Shown piece by piece: positions 48,896-61,901 of a stretch of DNA of 64,000 bases. Source of the stretch: Antedon mediterranea (taxonomy: Eukaryota; Animalia; Echinodermata); the NCBI RefSeq assembly GCF_964355755.1, contig NC_092672.1, positions 434,001-498,000 on the forward strand, written 5' to 3'. The translations under genes were made by a program, and so were the position numbers. The notes under the pieces were generated by a model. That model was not told where the DNA came from. It did no database searches and saw only the letters and a list, made by a program, of their open reading frames with translations. Positions within the stretch are counted from its first letter, which is position 1, and each line of letters begins with the position of its first letter.

Positions 48896-50334
48896 ACCTA
48901 ACTAAAAGGGTATTTCGTTCAATATTTTGAAAATTACCACCCACGCCTCCTGGGCTTAATGTACACATTTAGGGTAAAGTCACTTTGATACACCAATATA
49001 TAGTACTTTTCGTCATCAATATACTCATGCATATAGAGAAACACTTTTAGTTCTTTATTATAAGCATTTAATGACATTTGTCATTTCAATTTGTGGCTCA
49101 ATTTTGTGAATTTCTTTTCTTGAAATTTAGCTACTTGATGTGTCTACTATTATTATTCTTTATTTGGTCCAATATAAACAAAATCATCAGAAATGCACTG
49201 CAGAGATAATACAAAATATATATATAAAATACAAATCTATATAAAATCACATAAAATATTAAAAAAGTCTACAATCAGGGTGTTCTCTCCATGAGTTAGC
49301 GTTGGACAAATGTGTTATAGGTGACAATAGACTGTGGGAAAAATTATTTATTATAGCGTTTAGTACGGCTTCGAGGCAGACGGATACGAATATTAGATGG
49401 AAGAAAAGTGTATTCCTTATGGAAGAATTAGTGGTCTGTTTGGGAGAGTATACGTTTTATCATGCTATTGTTTGGTCTGCATGTTGTTCTTCTGCAAATT
49501 CCATTTCTTCATAGATGCACTTCTTACGTGGTTGATTGCCTATGATATAAAATGTTCATCCAGATGATTATTATTATTATATTATATTCCTTATTAGATT
49601 ATTGTTACAAATAAATGAGTTATATAAAATGATGTTAGTGTAGTATGAGTAATACTTTTGTCGGTGTTATTCGGTTACGTATTTGTTGACGACATATGGA
49701 GACACAACAATCGATTGTTTACACACAATTATGATTGTTGGAAATTGAAACTTGCGTAGGCTTACTCTCCCATAAAAAACAGTACAATGACACATTCATC
49801 GATTGCACGCACATTGTTTTTGTAAGTGATTCAAATAGCCCTAAATAAATATTTCTATTGAAATACAATTTAATTATTATGGTTGAAAGAATCGATTTTA
49901 CATGCCTTTAACACCATGGTATAATATATGCGCTGTAGGCCTACAAATGATTGTTATTAATGGATTTGGATATTCTAGAATGTTTCAACCAGAGTTATAC
50001 CATAACTTCATCTTTATAGGTCTATATCAAGTCTGTTTAGCCCTAATATGTTTGTGGTTTTGGAATTTCCAACGATTTTGTTTTAAAAATCGTTTGTTTA
50101 TTGACGCTGCAGTCTCAGTGTATAGTTGATTTATTCTTTTCTTCATTATCATTATATTAGAGTTCACACAAAAACACGCAACGGAAGTAATTCGACATGG
50201 CCACAAGCGACGGATCGAACTGCATGTGATTGGTGAAAATTAAAAGCTTAAATTACTTGCGCTTTGTCGACATTAATATCCATGCCTGGTATAATTATAA
50301 ATGGTCGATTATATATTACGCTAATATAAATATA

Positions 50335-50545
50335 TTACTTCGATATGTAGATGACACTTTTATCATCTGGCAGCACAATAAGGTGGACTTAGATAGTTTT
50401 CTAATACACCTCAACATCGTAACATTATGCATTCAACTTGGAAGAGGAAAACGACCACATTTCTTGACGTATTTTTTACAAAGGAACCCGAGGGCACTCT
50501 GTCCCACTAAGTTTATCGCATACCCACTCACTCGGACAAAAGTTA
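50335..50545 (+). mobile_element. Penelope-like RT fragment
   Basis: RYVDDTFIIW..FLIHLN, then FLD and VYR.PTHSD in a shifted frame. Confidence 0.65.
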
Positions 50546-51143
50546 TCGCCAAAAAACTGCAAATTATAACGTAGGGAGGGATAGGATTTAATTAAACCAG
50601 GGAGTTGTTATTAGAACTCCCTGATTAAACACTATCCGCGAATTCTACATTTTAATGTCAAATTAATCGGAAAAAAAATATTTACCTGAAAAACTGTAAT
50701 TTAAAGCAAGAAATGGTCAAATCGGCTGCCAGCCAATGGATTTTTGGTTGAAATTAACCATTTATGATGTTATTTTTTATAAGTGAAAACATTTTTCTGG
50801 TTTTTTGTCTACGGAAGTGATTAACTTTATTAAAACTAAAAAATAACCTATCCAACGTCTGAATTAATTAATCTTCATTTTTCATGTTTTTGGAGTTGGA
50901 GGACAATACCTCTTTAAGACTAAATTAATTGTTTGTTTAAAACTACCAGATTTGTAGAAAAATTACACAACGCCCGTGTGAGGGCATAGGCTCAATATTA
51001 TTACGCAGTGATTACGTACTTCCGTAACAAATGTTTCTGTAAAGATGTCAGAGAGTGACCTATCTTAAATATTAAGCCTAGGCTAGTGACGTGTTTGTGG
51101 GCCTCTCTCTCTAACAGAAATAAAACCCCAGGCCTACCAAAAA

Positions 51144-54100
51144 ATGAAACTTGTGAGTAAAGAAGTAGAAAAAGATGGATCAGGGTGAGTTCTAATGAAA
51201 ACAAAAACCTGCCTATGGCCTAGGTTAGTCAGTTGGATTGCTCCCTACAGGCTAAGTAACCTTCCTTCTTTGGCAATAATTATTTATTACTACTGGCTGG
51301 TGGTGTATTACTATTAGGCCTAACCGTCCGTCGGGCCTCCTAGCTAGGCAGTAGTACTAGTACTGTAGTACTAGCCTAGTAGGCCTAGAGTAGAGGTTGT
51401 GTTGGACTTTCTTTGTGCAATTTGAAATCGCACAAGGATTTTATGAAATTGCAAAAAAAAAAAGGTGCAAAAAGAATAAACAAATAGGCTAGGCCTAAGC
51501 TAAATAATTTTAATATTAATTAAAATAAATATGTTTATTATATAATAAGTAGGCCTAGCTAGGCCTACTACACACTGTAATTAATAATAATATATTTTGT
51601 TATTAATAAATAATATTAATATTACCGTATTACTTGCATTATTTATAAATGTAGGATTATATCATATAGTACAGTAAAGGACTAGGGCCTAGGTTGTTAT
51701 CAAACTTTTGTTTTATTAAATACTGAAATACTTTGCACGTGCACATAACATCCTGCGGTCGTTGCAAATCAAAAAGTAAAAGAGGAAATTCTAAACTGCC
51801 CGGTGATATACTGAATTAATTGATTCATTAATTAATTTTGAAACAAAATCTGTGAGAATTAGGCCTATTATTTGAATATTTTATGAATTGAATACATAGT
51901 GATTGTATACTAATAGGCCTTTAATATCATTTTTGTTAACATTCTCACAACCATAATATAAGTCAGCTTTTATTTTACCCCCATTCAATTTGTCCCTCCA
52001 ATATTTTCCGACTTACTGTATGTCTGCTTTTCGTAATTTTTTTATATTATTTATAGTATACGTGAATAAAAAATAGCAATTCTTTAGTGACATGTCCTTT
52101 CAATTTTTAATAAACAGTATTTTTCTTTTGTCAGTCAGGTGACCTTAATACCAGTTGAAGCTGAGGATATGTGGCACGCATACAACCTTATCGGTGTCGG
52201 AGACAGTTTGAGGTCAACAACGGTACGAAAGGTCACCACGGAATCAGCAACAGGGAGTAGTAGTAGTAGCCGTGTTCGTACCACTTTGACCATTTCAATT
52301 GAAGATATAGACTTTGATACACAAGGCTGTATGTTAAGGGTAAAAGGTAGAAATATACAAGAAAACCAGTATGTCAAGGTAATTACTAAATGTGAAACTA
52401 GAGTGAGAATTGAAGATTTGAATACAAAATGGGAAAGAAGTGAAGGATTGTATACAGTGTCTTAAATCATGAAATTTCTTATTTCAGAAGGCATGATATA
52501 ATTCACCTTCTGTTTTTTTCACTCACGCTTGCAGATGGGAGCTTATCACACATTAGATTTAGAACTCAATCGAAAGTTCACACTTGCCAAAGAATGCTGG
52601 GATATCATAGCACTAGAAAGAATTGGTTAGTAACATAAAATGGTAAATTTTAATATGACAATACCAATAACAACTTCTTTTATTTTCTTTGTTTGATATA
52701 ACACAGTGTTCAACTGACAATATAACAAATAACAAATATGATTTTTTAACAAAGATAACAATTGATTGCGTGAGACACTTTCAATTCAATGGATACTGAA
52801 ACCATTTGATATATTCACATGCAAATGTTTCGTCCTTGAAATTCAGTTATTATTTATCACGTTTTATTGCATAATTCATAATTGGAAGAAATCTATTTTT
52901 TATATAAACTTTTAGATTTTAAGCCAATCTAATTTGACTGTAGTGTAAAAATGAAACTATAAATGTGTTAAACTAAAACTGAATTATTCTTTTCTTTTAG
53001 TCTTATATGCAATTTGTATCAACTTCAATAAACTTAACTTCAATAAACTTAAACAAAAAACACATTTTTCATATTATACAGAATTTAGTTTAGAATACCT
53101 CATACTCTTTCACACTTTTTCTGTTTTTCTTTAATAATGTAATTGTAGTATACATGATACTGTGTCTCTGAGTAATCTCTGAATATATTTACACTGTATT
53201 TATACAAACACAAACAATACATGCTTTGTTTACTGTCTATTCTACTTAGGGCCTGTTTCTGCTGCAACTGCTCAAAATACGGTATAAAATACGGTATTTT
53301 TTATACCGTATTTTTTAGTACCCCGTTTCTGCTAACAATACTTCTTGGGTGGTCGTGTTAAATTTCATCTTTTTTACCCAAATTACCATTCATTTATTTG
53401 ATCGATAATTAAAAGTCGCAATAAAGGAAGTTTTACGTCTCACTTTCAACAGCCTAGCCCTAGTGATAGAGATGTTGTGAGAGCACAGAAAACATCGTAA
53501 TGGGGACAATTAATTCGTTCCGTCCCCGAATTATTGTATTTTGCAATGTTGTACTGCTTTCGCAGGCTCTTCAGCTTTGAGTTTACTTGCTTTGGAGACA
53601 AGTCTATTCCATACTCCTGCTTTATTTTTTTAGAAATGTCTTTATAAATGTGGTTGTCCCTTTTATTACCTTTTAGTTGGCCAGACATTTTAGCTTCCCC
53701 ACACAAATTTATTTAGTAAAACTGCGACGTCTTCGCTCCACATTTTCGCCGAATATATATATACACGTGTGTAAAACAGCTGACAGCGACAGAAAATAAA
53801 AATACGAATGTTGACCTTTTGTCATGTAAAAAAAAAATACGGTATTTCTTATTGGCAGCAGAAACGGGTACAAAAAATACGGTATAAATTTGTAAATACC
53901 GTATTTTATCCACAAATTTTGTGGGGAAAATATGGTATACAAAATACGGTATATTTTTTATGAGCGCAGTTTCTGCTGCCAAAAATATACCGTATATATA
54001 CGGTATTCAAAAAATACCGTATAATATACGGTATTTAGTTGGCAGCAGAAACAGGGCCTTACAGTTTAATTGTAAAATTTTTAGCAAAGTCTTATTTACA

Positions 54101-57100
54101 GTAACACTATTATTTGCTATTATATTTACCTTTCAATCACACAGAGATGGCGTGTGATGTTGCGCAATCAGCGGATGTAGCGGCCGTAATCCTTCAAGAA
54201 GGTCTAGCACACGTTTGTCTTGTGACGTCTAGTATGACAGTAATCCGTGCCAAGCTAGAACAGAACATTCCACGTAAACGCAAAGGATTCTGCCAACAAC
54301 ACGATAAAGCTTTGCTTAAGTTTTACGATTCTGTTCTACAAGCTGTTCAGAGGCATATTAATTTTGAAAGTTAGTTTTTCCACATTTTGCCTGCTTCAAT
54401 GGGACAGTAGGGTTAGTTAGTTAATCGACGGATAAAGTAGTTTATTCTTCTATTTGGATTTACAACAACACCCCCACCACCTAACATTTATTATTTAGGG
54501 CAGCTGCCTAAAAATGAGTGAAAAATGATAAGGTTGCTCTCAATAATCAACCCACCCCACTGTACTTCTCTCTCATTTATTTACTAGTTGTGAAATGTGT
54601 CATTGTAGCAAGCCCAGGATTTGTAAAGGTAAATATTGTTTTAGGTAAGGTAAAGGTAAAATTTTAAACAGTTTTTCTATTCAATAATCAGAAGTATCAA
54701 TAATATTAAAGTATTGATAAGAAATAGCACATTTGGTAAATTTTACACTGATTTTGAATAAACTGCATTTATTTAATTCCATTGATTTCAAAATATTAGG
54801 ATACTTTCTAAAATTAACTAGTGAATCACACTTTCAGACAGGTCATAAAGGTAGGTTATCTGAATATCTTTATTGATACTCAACAAGTTCCTTGTTGTCA
54901 ATACTGTACTTTAAACAAATCAATACAATAAAAACACACTGCATTCACTTTCTGTAAAGAACTGAAAGTTCATTGTACATTATGGTACACAACATCATTC
55001 TGAATCAAAGATATTTACAAGTTTAACTCTCCTCAGAGGGGATTTTGTAGCATTGTAATTTCAAGTCAAGAAGAGTTGTGTCTATAGGGAAAAATCTATT
55101 AAACAAATTCTTGAATAAGTACAATAATAATGCAGTTTATTATACAATTGTGTCTTGTTTGTAAAGCACCACAAATGGTGGATTTTAGCAGCAGTTTAGG
55201 TATTATTTGAGGCTCATGCACTAGTGATTAGGATTAGTGCCCTATCTTCAAAAGATCTACTTTTTAGTACATGATAATGCCATAAAAAAATATATACCAG
55301 TCTCTATCACTAAGATTTTATTGCTGTTAGAGACAGGGCAAGAGTAGGTGAAGCTATATTTTAAATAATTTTCAGAAAGTTTAATTACTGCAATGTTAAA
55401 TATTTTGTAATAATTTTAATAATTTGTATTATTGCAGGATCAGTTCTGTGAATATTTATTTCAACAAGCTGTAAAACTAGATTTGAAAATATTATTAGAA
55501 AACAGACACAAGTTTATTCAGGTGCATTCATCATCTGGACATAAACATGCACTAAAAGGTAAATTGAACTAAAACAGAATCAAATCAGGGCTACACCACT
55601 TCTAGATTAATATTCCACAACAAAAATATCATGAGTCTAAATGTTAATGCTAAAGCGCCATTTTTTTTCTTTATTGCAAACTCACTAAAACTAAAAGTAT
55701 AACTTGCAGTAGATAGAATACATGGATTGTATTTGTTTAGAATATGAATGCATGATGCAAGGTAACTGTTAATAATATTTACTTTATTGCTTTTATGTAT
55801 TTATTTTTAGCATTATTATGGTGGTTAATAGCCAGTGTAAGTAAAAAGAAATAATCCCTCTTTACAAACTATTATTGACAGGTACAAATATAATACACAA
55901 TGCTAACTATTTCCTACTTATTCTTCCTTTTACAGAAGTGTTATCAGACCCAGATCTATCAACCCGATTAGCTGATACAAAGGCAGCAGGAGAGGTGAAA
56001 GCACTAGAACAGTTTTATACAATGTTAAATACAGAACAAGATAGAGCTTTATATGGGTATGTTCCACAACCTAAGGACCCATGGTTATTAGTTCAATTCT
56101 ATTCCTAGTCAAGACATATCAACCCTTAACTGATCAAGCTAATAATTAAATTGAAGTTATCAAATTAGAACTGTCTGTTCTCCAAACATGCTGTCAGTGC
56201 TAAATAATAGAAAGACTAATGTTTTATTATTCCATATTTTTATATTCAGCTTAAAATAATTGTTAATATCAACAGAGTTTCTAAAAATTGAATGATAATA
56301 AAAGTGCACTGCCATTGAAAATTAATAGACTTGTGTAAATATGGAGGATGGAGATAGATAAATTCATAATTATTTGTTTTTATCTTTTAGGGTAAAACAC
56401 GTTGAAAAGGCGAATGAGGCATCAGCAATAGAGACATTATTGATTAGTGACACTCTTTTCAGGTTACCTTTATTATACATTTCTATATTTTAATATTAAT
56501 AATACCAGGGTATTATAAAAAAAGCTACTACTGTGGTGTATCAGTCAAGTTTGTTAACTTAACTCGCTGTGTTGAATTGAAGACTTGCCGTTGCGTGACA
56601 ATACTGTGTCATTTCGAAATTGAAATATGAAATTAAAAGTTCATATATGAAACATAAAAACATCGATAGTACATTGATATCAAAGGATAGAACAACAATT
56701 TAGCATGCAATGTTCTTGCTTTAAATTAATCAATCACTTTTTAAAATCAAATCCCACAGTAAACTATAATAAATACATTAAAAAAACAGTATAGAAGAAC
56801 ATAAAAAAATTGGACCTTTTATTACCAGACCCCTTACCCACATTTTTAATCTATCACTAACTAATGGTGTATTTCCATCATCCTTAAAAATCGCCAAAGT
56901 AATTCCTATTCATAAAAAAAATGATTCCCATTCCTTTGAAAACTATCGTCCAATCTCAATTTTGCCTTGCTTTTCTAAAATACTCGAACGCCTTATATAC
57001 AATAGACTTTACAACTTTCTTTCTTCACATAAATCTTTTCATGATAACCAATATGGCTTCAGACCAAAACATTCTACTGATCTTGCAATCCTGGACATTC

Positions 57101-58424
57101 AAAGTAAAATCTCTAACGCCTTATCTAAAAACCACCATACTATTGGCTTATTTTTGGACTTGTCTAAAGCATTTGACACTATTAACCACACAATTCTTTT
57201 AACTAAACTTAGTCACTATGGAATCCGTGGAACTCCTCTATCTCTACTTTCTAACTATCTTCAAAACAGACAACAAATCACCTCTTTCGGCTCCTACTCC
57301 TCAGAAGTTCTTCCCATAACATGCGGTGTGCCCCAAGGATCAATTCTTGGTCCTCTACTTTTTCTCATCTATGTCAACGACATCATCAACGCTTCCAACT
57401 CTTTTGAATACGTCCTGTTTGCCGACGACACGAACATTTTTTCCTCCCATCCTGACTACAACACCTTAACTAGAATTTTTAATAAGGAAATAAAACATAT
57501 ATCTCACTGGCTTAAACTTAATAGACTCTCACTAAATATAAACAAAACTGAATATATACACTTTTCTCCAAATAGAACACACAATGACAATCAAAACACA
57601 ATCCATATAGAAAACACTCCTATCAAAAGGGTTACTTGTTCTCAGTTCCTTGGTGTAACTATAGATGATAACTTAAACTGGAAAACCCATATAACAAATA
57701 TAGCTAATAAAATTTCAAAAAACATCGGTGTCTTAAAAAAACTTAAATATATTCTACCCTCTAATATCCTCTTTTCTTTATATAACACATTAATTTTACC
57801 TTATCTATCCTATTGTAACATTGCTTGGGGAATTACAGATACTAAAAATAAAACTCTCTGTCCATGGGCTTCCACACATATTTCTAAATTAGACAAACTC
57901 TTTAAACTCCAAAAACGGGCTATTCGCATTTGTACCAATTCTCACTATATAGCCCACACAAAGTCCCTTTTCTTTAAACTTAATACCCTAAACATCTTCG
58001 ATATTAACAAATTACAAATCGCCACATTCATGCACAGATATTCAAACAATCAACTTCCAAATATTTTCAAACATTTCTTCATCAAAAATAATGAATTTCA
58101 CAACTACAATACAAGAAACGCCAACAATTACGCCACAATAAATTTAACCCATAACAAAATCCGGAATTCTATCAAATACCATGGTCCTCTAGTATGGAAT
58201 AATTTAAGTCAATCCTTACTAAATACTAATAACTTAAATACATTCAAATCCAAATATAAACAATTCCTTTTATCACAATACAGATCGTATTAATAAAACT
58301 TTTTCATCAAAAAATTTTTTTTTCTCACCTCCTGCAAGTATATATTATGATAGTACATATACTATACCCTTTACGTTTGTCCTCTTGTTGTGTTTGTATT
58401 GTCCTGTAGCGTAATTGTGTATAT

Positions 58425-58491
<67 letters not shown>

Positions 58492-59313
58492 TTTCTACTA
58501 CTTTAATTAATATTTAATTATTGTCTATTGTAATTGATACAATTATTAGTGTATTTTGTACTGGTGAAACCAGGCTTAAAGCTCTATATTGAGCTTATTT
58601 GGTCTTTTCCAGGCTTTGCATTTTTTTATTTAATACTTATTATGTAAAAATATTAAGTTTGATGCATTGTGAAATAAAAACGAACGAACGAACGAACGAA
58701 CGAACATATGGTTAAAATTAAAAAATTATAATTTTTAAATTGCAATATATACTTTAATAAACAAGATAAAGAATTGATACATAGAGCAAGCTTTTAAACA
58801 CAAAACATAAATGTTTTAGGTCATCAGATATTACTCAAAGGAAACGATATGTATGTCTGGTGGAGGAAGTGAGAGATGGCGGAGGAGAGGTACGAATATT
58901 CTCAAGCCAGCATGTATCGGGTGAACGTAAGTAATGATAATAATATCCTAGATGTATAGTGCCTAATGTTGTGAGACCTCTATGTGCTGTACAAACAAAC
59001 TGAAAAATACATTTTTCTATAGATATTGTGAAATAGAGGGCGCCAGAACTCTAATCTTTTGGTTCTGAAGTAAAATTGAATACCATTTTATACTTTAAAA
59101 AGTTTTTAGTGACTTACAATTTACAGATATTTTTTTTACTTTTAAGTTTCTTTACATTAACAATCATTCCAATATTTAATTTATAACACTAATTATTCCA
59201 ATATGGCATTGTTCTCAATAGAATTGGATTTGCTGAGTGGAGTGGCAGCCATTTTAAGATTTCCAATGCCTGATATTGAGGATGAGATTGGTTCAAGCTC
59301 AGATGAGGATTAA
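51144..59313 (+). CDS. PELO: Pelota (Dom34) ribosome rescue factor, 10 exons: 51144-51184, 52135-52378, 52535-52625, 54145-54369, 54588-54628, 55438-55558, ~55936-56056, 56391-56462, 58820-58926, 59222-59313
   Basis: [14 protein letters not shown]|[19 protein letters not shown]..|[15 protein letters not shown]..|..ASPGFVK|..SSGHKHALK|..HVSGE|[15 protein letters not shown]; GT-AG junctions in frame. Confidence 0.96.
53249..54058 (-). mobile_element. PIF/Harbinger deletion derivative with a Myb/SANT-like ORF remnant (53446-53706) in PELO intron 3
   Basis: TTA|GGGCCTGTTTCTGCTGC ... GCAGCAGAAACAGGGCC|TTA; many AAAATACGGTA subterminal repeats; [29 protein letters not shown]. Confidence 0.88.
56810..58705 (+). 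mobile_element. 5'-truncated L2/Daphne-type LINE in PELO intron 8 with an uninterrupted RT reading frame
   Basis: [42 protein letters not shown]; 3' UTR with (TA)n and AATAAA-(ACGA)n tail. Confidence 0.92.
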
Positions 59314-60050
59314 ATTAAATTTCAAAAATTATCTAACTGAAATTAAAAACGATATACCATTAGAATGCAGAACCATTTGCACTGAAACACACTGGTATCA
59401 ATAAAATAGTCTGCTCAAACAATAAAATATAATTACACTACTAACTTGTACGTATGGCATTACAGTAAATACTAATAAATATTGAACTTATTATTTATTG
59501 TACATAGAGAAAACAAATTTAATTTTACTGTACCTGAGATCCAGTACAAAATTATAAAGAATGAGATTGTAAATGAAGAAAGAATAAACAAGAACCTAAA
59601 ATGAAACTCTGCATACAATTACTAGAATGTTATTTTTGTTTTAATTCACAATTAATTAAGATGGTGAAACAGTTTTGTCAGATGCAAATAGCAAAAGTAG
59701 ATATTCTGACCAAATCAACTGGACATGGAATATCTGATTGTATTATATATTTGGAATAACGCATACTTTTACAAAAATAAGTCACTCTGTCAATCATAAA
59801 AACACAAATATACTGTACTACATCACACAATTACTACACCTCAATTGCAGTATCTGGCGATCTCAACCAAACTACAGGCCTACTCCCTCTCTATCTATGT
59901 ACCTACTTAGTTGTGGACTTTTTTTTTTTTTAAGTCATTCAAATACTGCGTAATTTAGAAAATGAAACCAAGTTTTGAAAGTAAAATTCATTGGGATTAA
60001 AAAAATTAAATATTCTGTATAAGAATTCATTTCGCACAAGCTTTCAAACA

Positions 60051-61901
60051 ATGGAGGTTAAGCTTCAGTTTATTTTATTTGTGTTAATAAGTTTATCATG
60101 TGCAGATATCGGTAAAACAAGTAATATTGCTCTAACACCTTTAAAGAACAATGTTATTAAAGGTGATGCTGTGACTTTGACTTGTGAAGTGGATCTGAGC
60201 AAGGCAGTTTATTACACTTTATCGTGGTACAAGGATAATACTGAAGTGAGTATAAATTCAACAGTAATAGTTTACAAGGGTTTTTTGACTGTCGAGTGCA
60301 ACTTTACGAGTAATACGCATAAACTGATAATTGAACAAGCTGATACACACCACACAGGATCATACACATGTAAAGCATGTGCTTCCAAACCTCAATGTCT
60401 GGAAAGTCAAACAGCTGATGTTTCTGTATATGAACAACCAACTTCTCCCACATGTATACAAAATACTTATGATGTTAAAGAAGATGAAATGATAGAGTTT
60501 AGTTGTGGTGGCACATTTGCAAATATCCCTAACTCGTTAGAAATGTTGCTTTACACAGGAGGAGGAGGAGGACAAGGAACAATCCTACAAGAAAAGACTT
60601 TCAGCAGTAGATATGATGGTCAGCTGATACAACTCAATAAACTGGTTAATGTGACTTATGATTTGAACAAAGCAACAATTTACTGTGAAGCCACATTCTC
60701 AGTTCCAAATACAACAACAAACTGTACAAGTGGGTCGCTTAATGTCAGCTTCTCTCCGAAAATTATTTCAACTAAGGTAGATTACTCAATCACTGACTCA
60801 ATCAATAACGCATCTATAACAGTTAATATCTTATCAAATCCAGAGGCAATTGTGACTTGGTCAAATATTGATGACAACTTCGTCTCTTGTTATAGAATGT
60901 CTGAAAACTCTATTCTTTGTATATGCAATATTTACAACGCTACAAATGGGACTAACATTTATATTTTAGCTAATAATAGTTTTGGTAATATTTGTCAGCC
61001 GCTAACTCTGGTTTGGAAACGAAAACTTGCAGATTACACTACGCTTACATCTTTGATAACGACCCAGAAGGATCAAACAACCGATATCAGTGATAATGAT
61101 GAATATGAAACTGATTATGATGTTATGATAACTATATCTCTTACATCGGCTGGGGTAGTTATTATTGTTATTATTATCACTATTGTCATAATATATGTAC
61201 GAAAGATAAGACAACCTAATAATCGAAGCATTCATCTTAATGCCAGTTCATCACCACCTAACTTCACACAAACAATGACACAACATATCTATGAAACACA
61301 ACTATATGAAATAAACAGTGCTGATGCATTTGTATCAAGAGAAGTCGATGAACACAAAAGTGAACAAATGCGATTGGAAGCAACCAACATAGATCTCGGA
61401 GCAGATTGCGAACGTTTTGAGAGTGAAATGACAGAAAATTACATTGAAATTGATCATCCGGTGAGGGAAAATGAAATCGGAGTGATAGGAACAATTGAAA
61501 GAGTTGATTATGCAGAGGTGATAAACAAAAAACATACATCTGCACAAACTGATAGTAGTGAGACACAAAATAAAAGGGAAATATCTAATACCACGGGCAG
61601 AATTAGTTGCATCCAACAATGCAAGTTTGACCATGTTATGGTGAAAGATAAACAACTGGAATGTTCGTTTTGCCAAAAACAGTATCACAAACTTTGTCTT
61701 TCAATACATCCAACGAGAACCGCGACACCCACAGACGTGTGGCTGTGTCCAAATTGTAAGAATGTGTCGGGTGCAATTTCGGATATGGCTAGTAATATTG
61801 CTTCATTGACAGCAATGGTCAAAGAACAGAAAGATTTGATTGCAAACCAACAATTAGTAATTCAAAGTATTTTAGCACAACCAAATTCAGAAAATGATTA
61901 A
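60051..61901 (+). CDS. Single-exon IgSF receptor E4 (older E paralog) with Tyr motifs, PHD finger and coiled coil
   Basis: ATG 60051 signal peptide; VTLTC..LSWYK..HTGSYTC; TM ITISLTSAGVVIIVIIITIVIIYV; HIYET, LYEI, NYIEI, VDYAEV; CIQQC..CSFC..HKLC..WLCPNC. Confidence 0.9.
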   Translation: MEVKLQFILFVLISLSCADIGKTSNIALTPLKNNVIKGDAVTLTCEVDLSKAVYYTLSWYKDNTEVSINSTVIVYKGFLTVECNFTSNTHKLIIEQADTHHTGSYTCKACASKPQCLESQTADVSVYEQPTSPTCIQNTYDVKEDEMIEFSCGGTFANIPNSLEMLLYTGGGGGQGTILQEKTFSSRYDGQLIQLNKLVNVTYDLNKATIYCEATFSVPNTTTNCTSGSLNVSFSPKIISTKVDYSITDSINNASITVNILSNPEAIVTWSNIDDNFVSCYRMSENSILCICNIYNATNGTNIYILANNSFGNICQPLTLVWKRKLADYTTLTSLITTQKDQTTDISDNDEYETDYDVMITISLTSAGVVIIVIIITIVIIYVRKIRQPNNRSIHLNASSSPPNFTQTMTQHIYETQLYEINSADAFVSREVDEHKSEQMRLEATNIDLGADCERFESEMTENYIEIDHPVRENEIGVIGTIERVDYAEVINKKHTSAQTDSSETQNKREISNTTGRISCIQQCKFDHVMVKDKQLECSFCQKQYHKLCLSIHPTRTATPTDVWLCPNCKNVSGAISDMASNIASLTAMVKEQKDLIANQQLVIQSILAQPNSEND

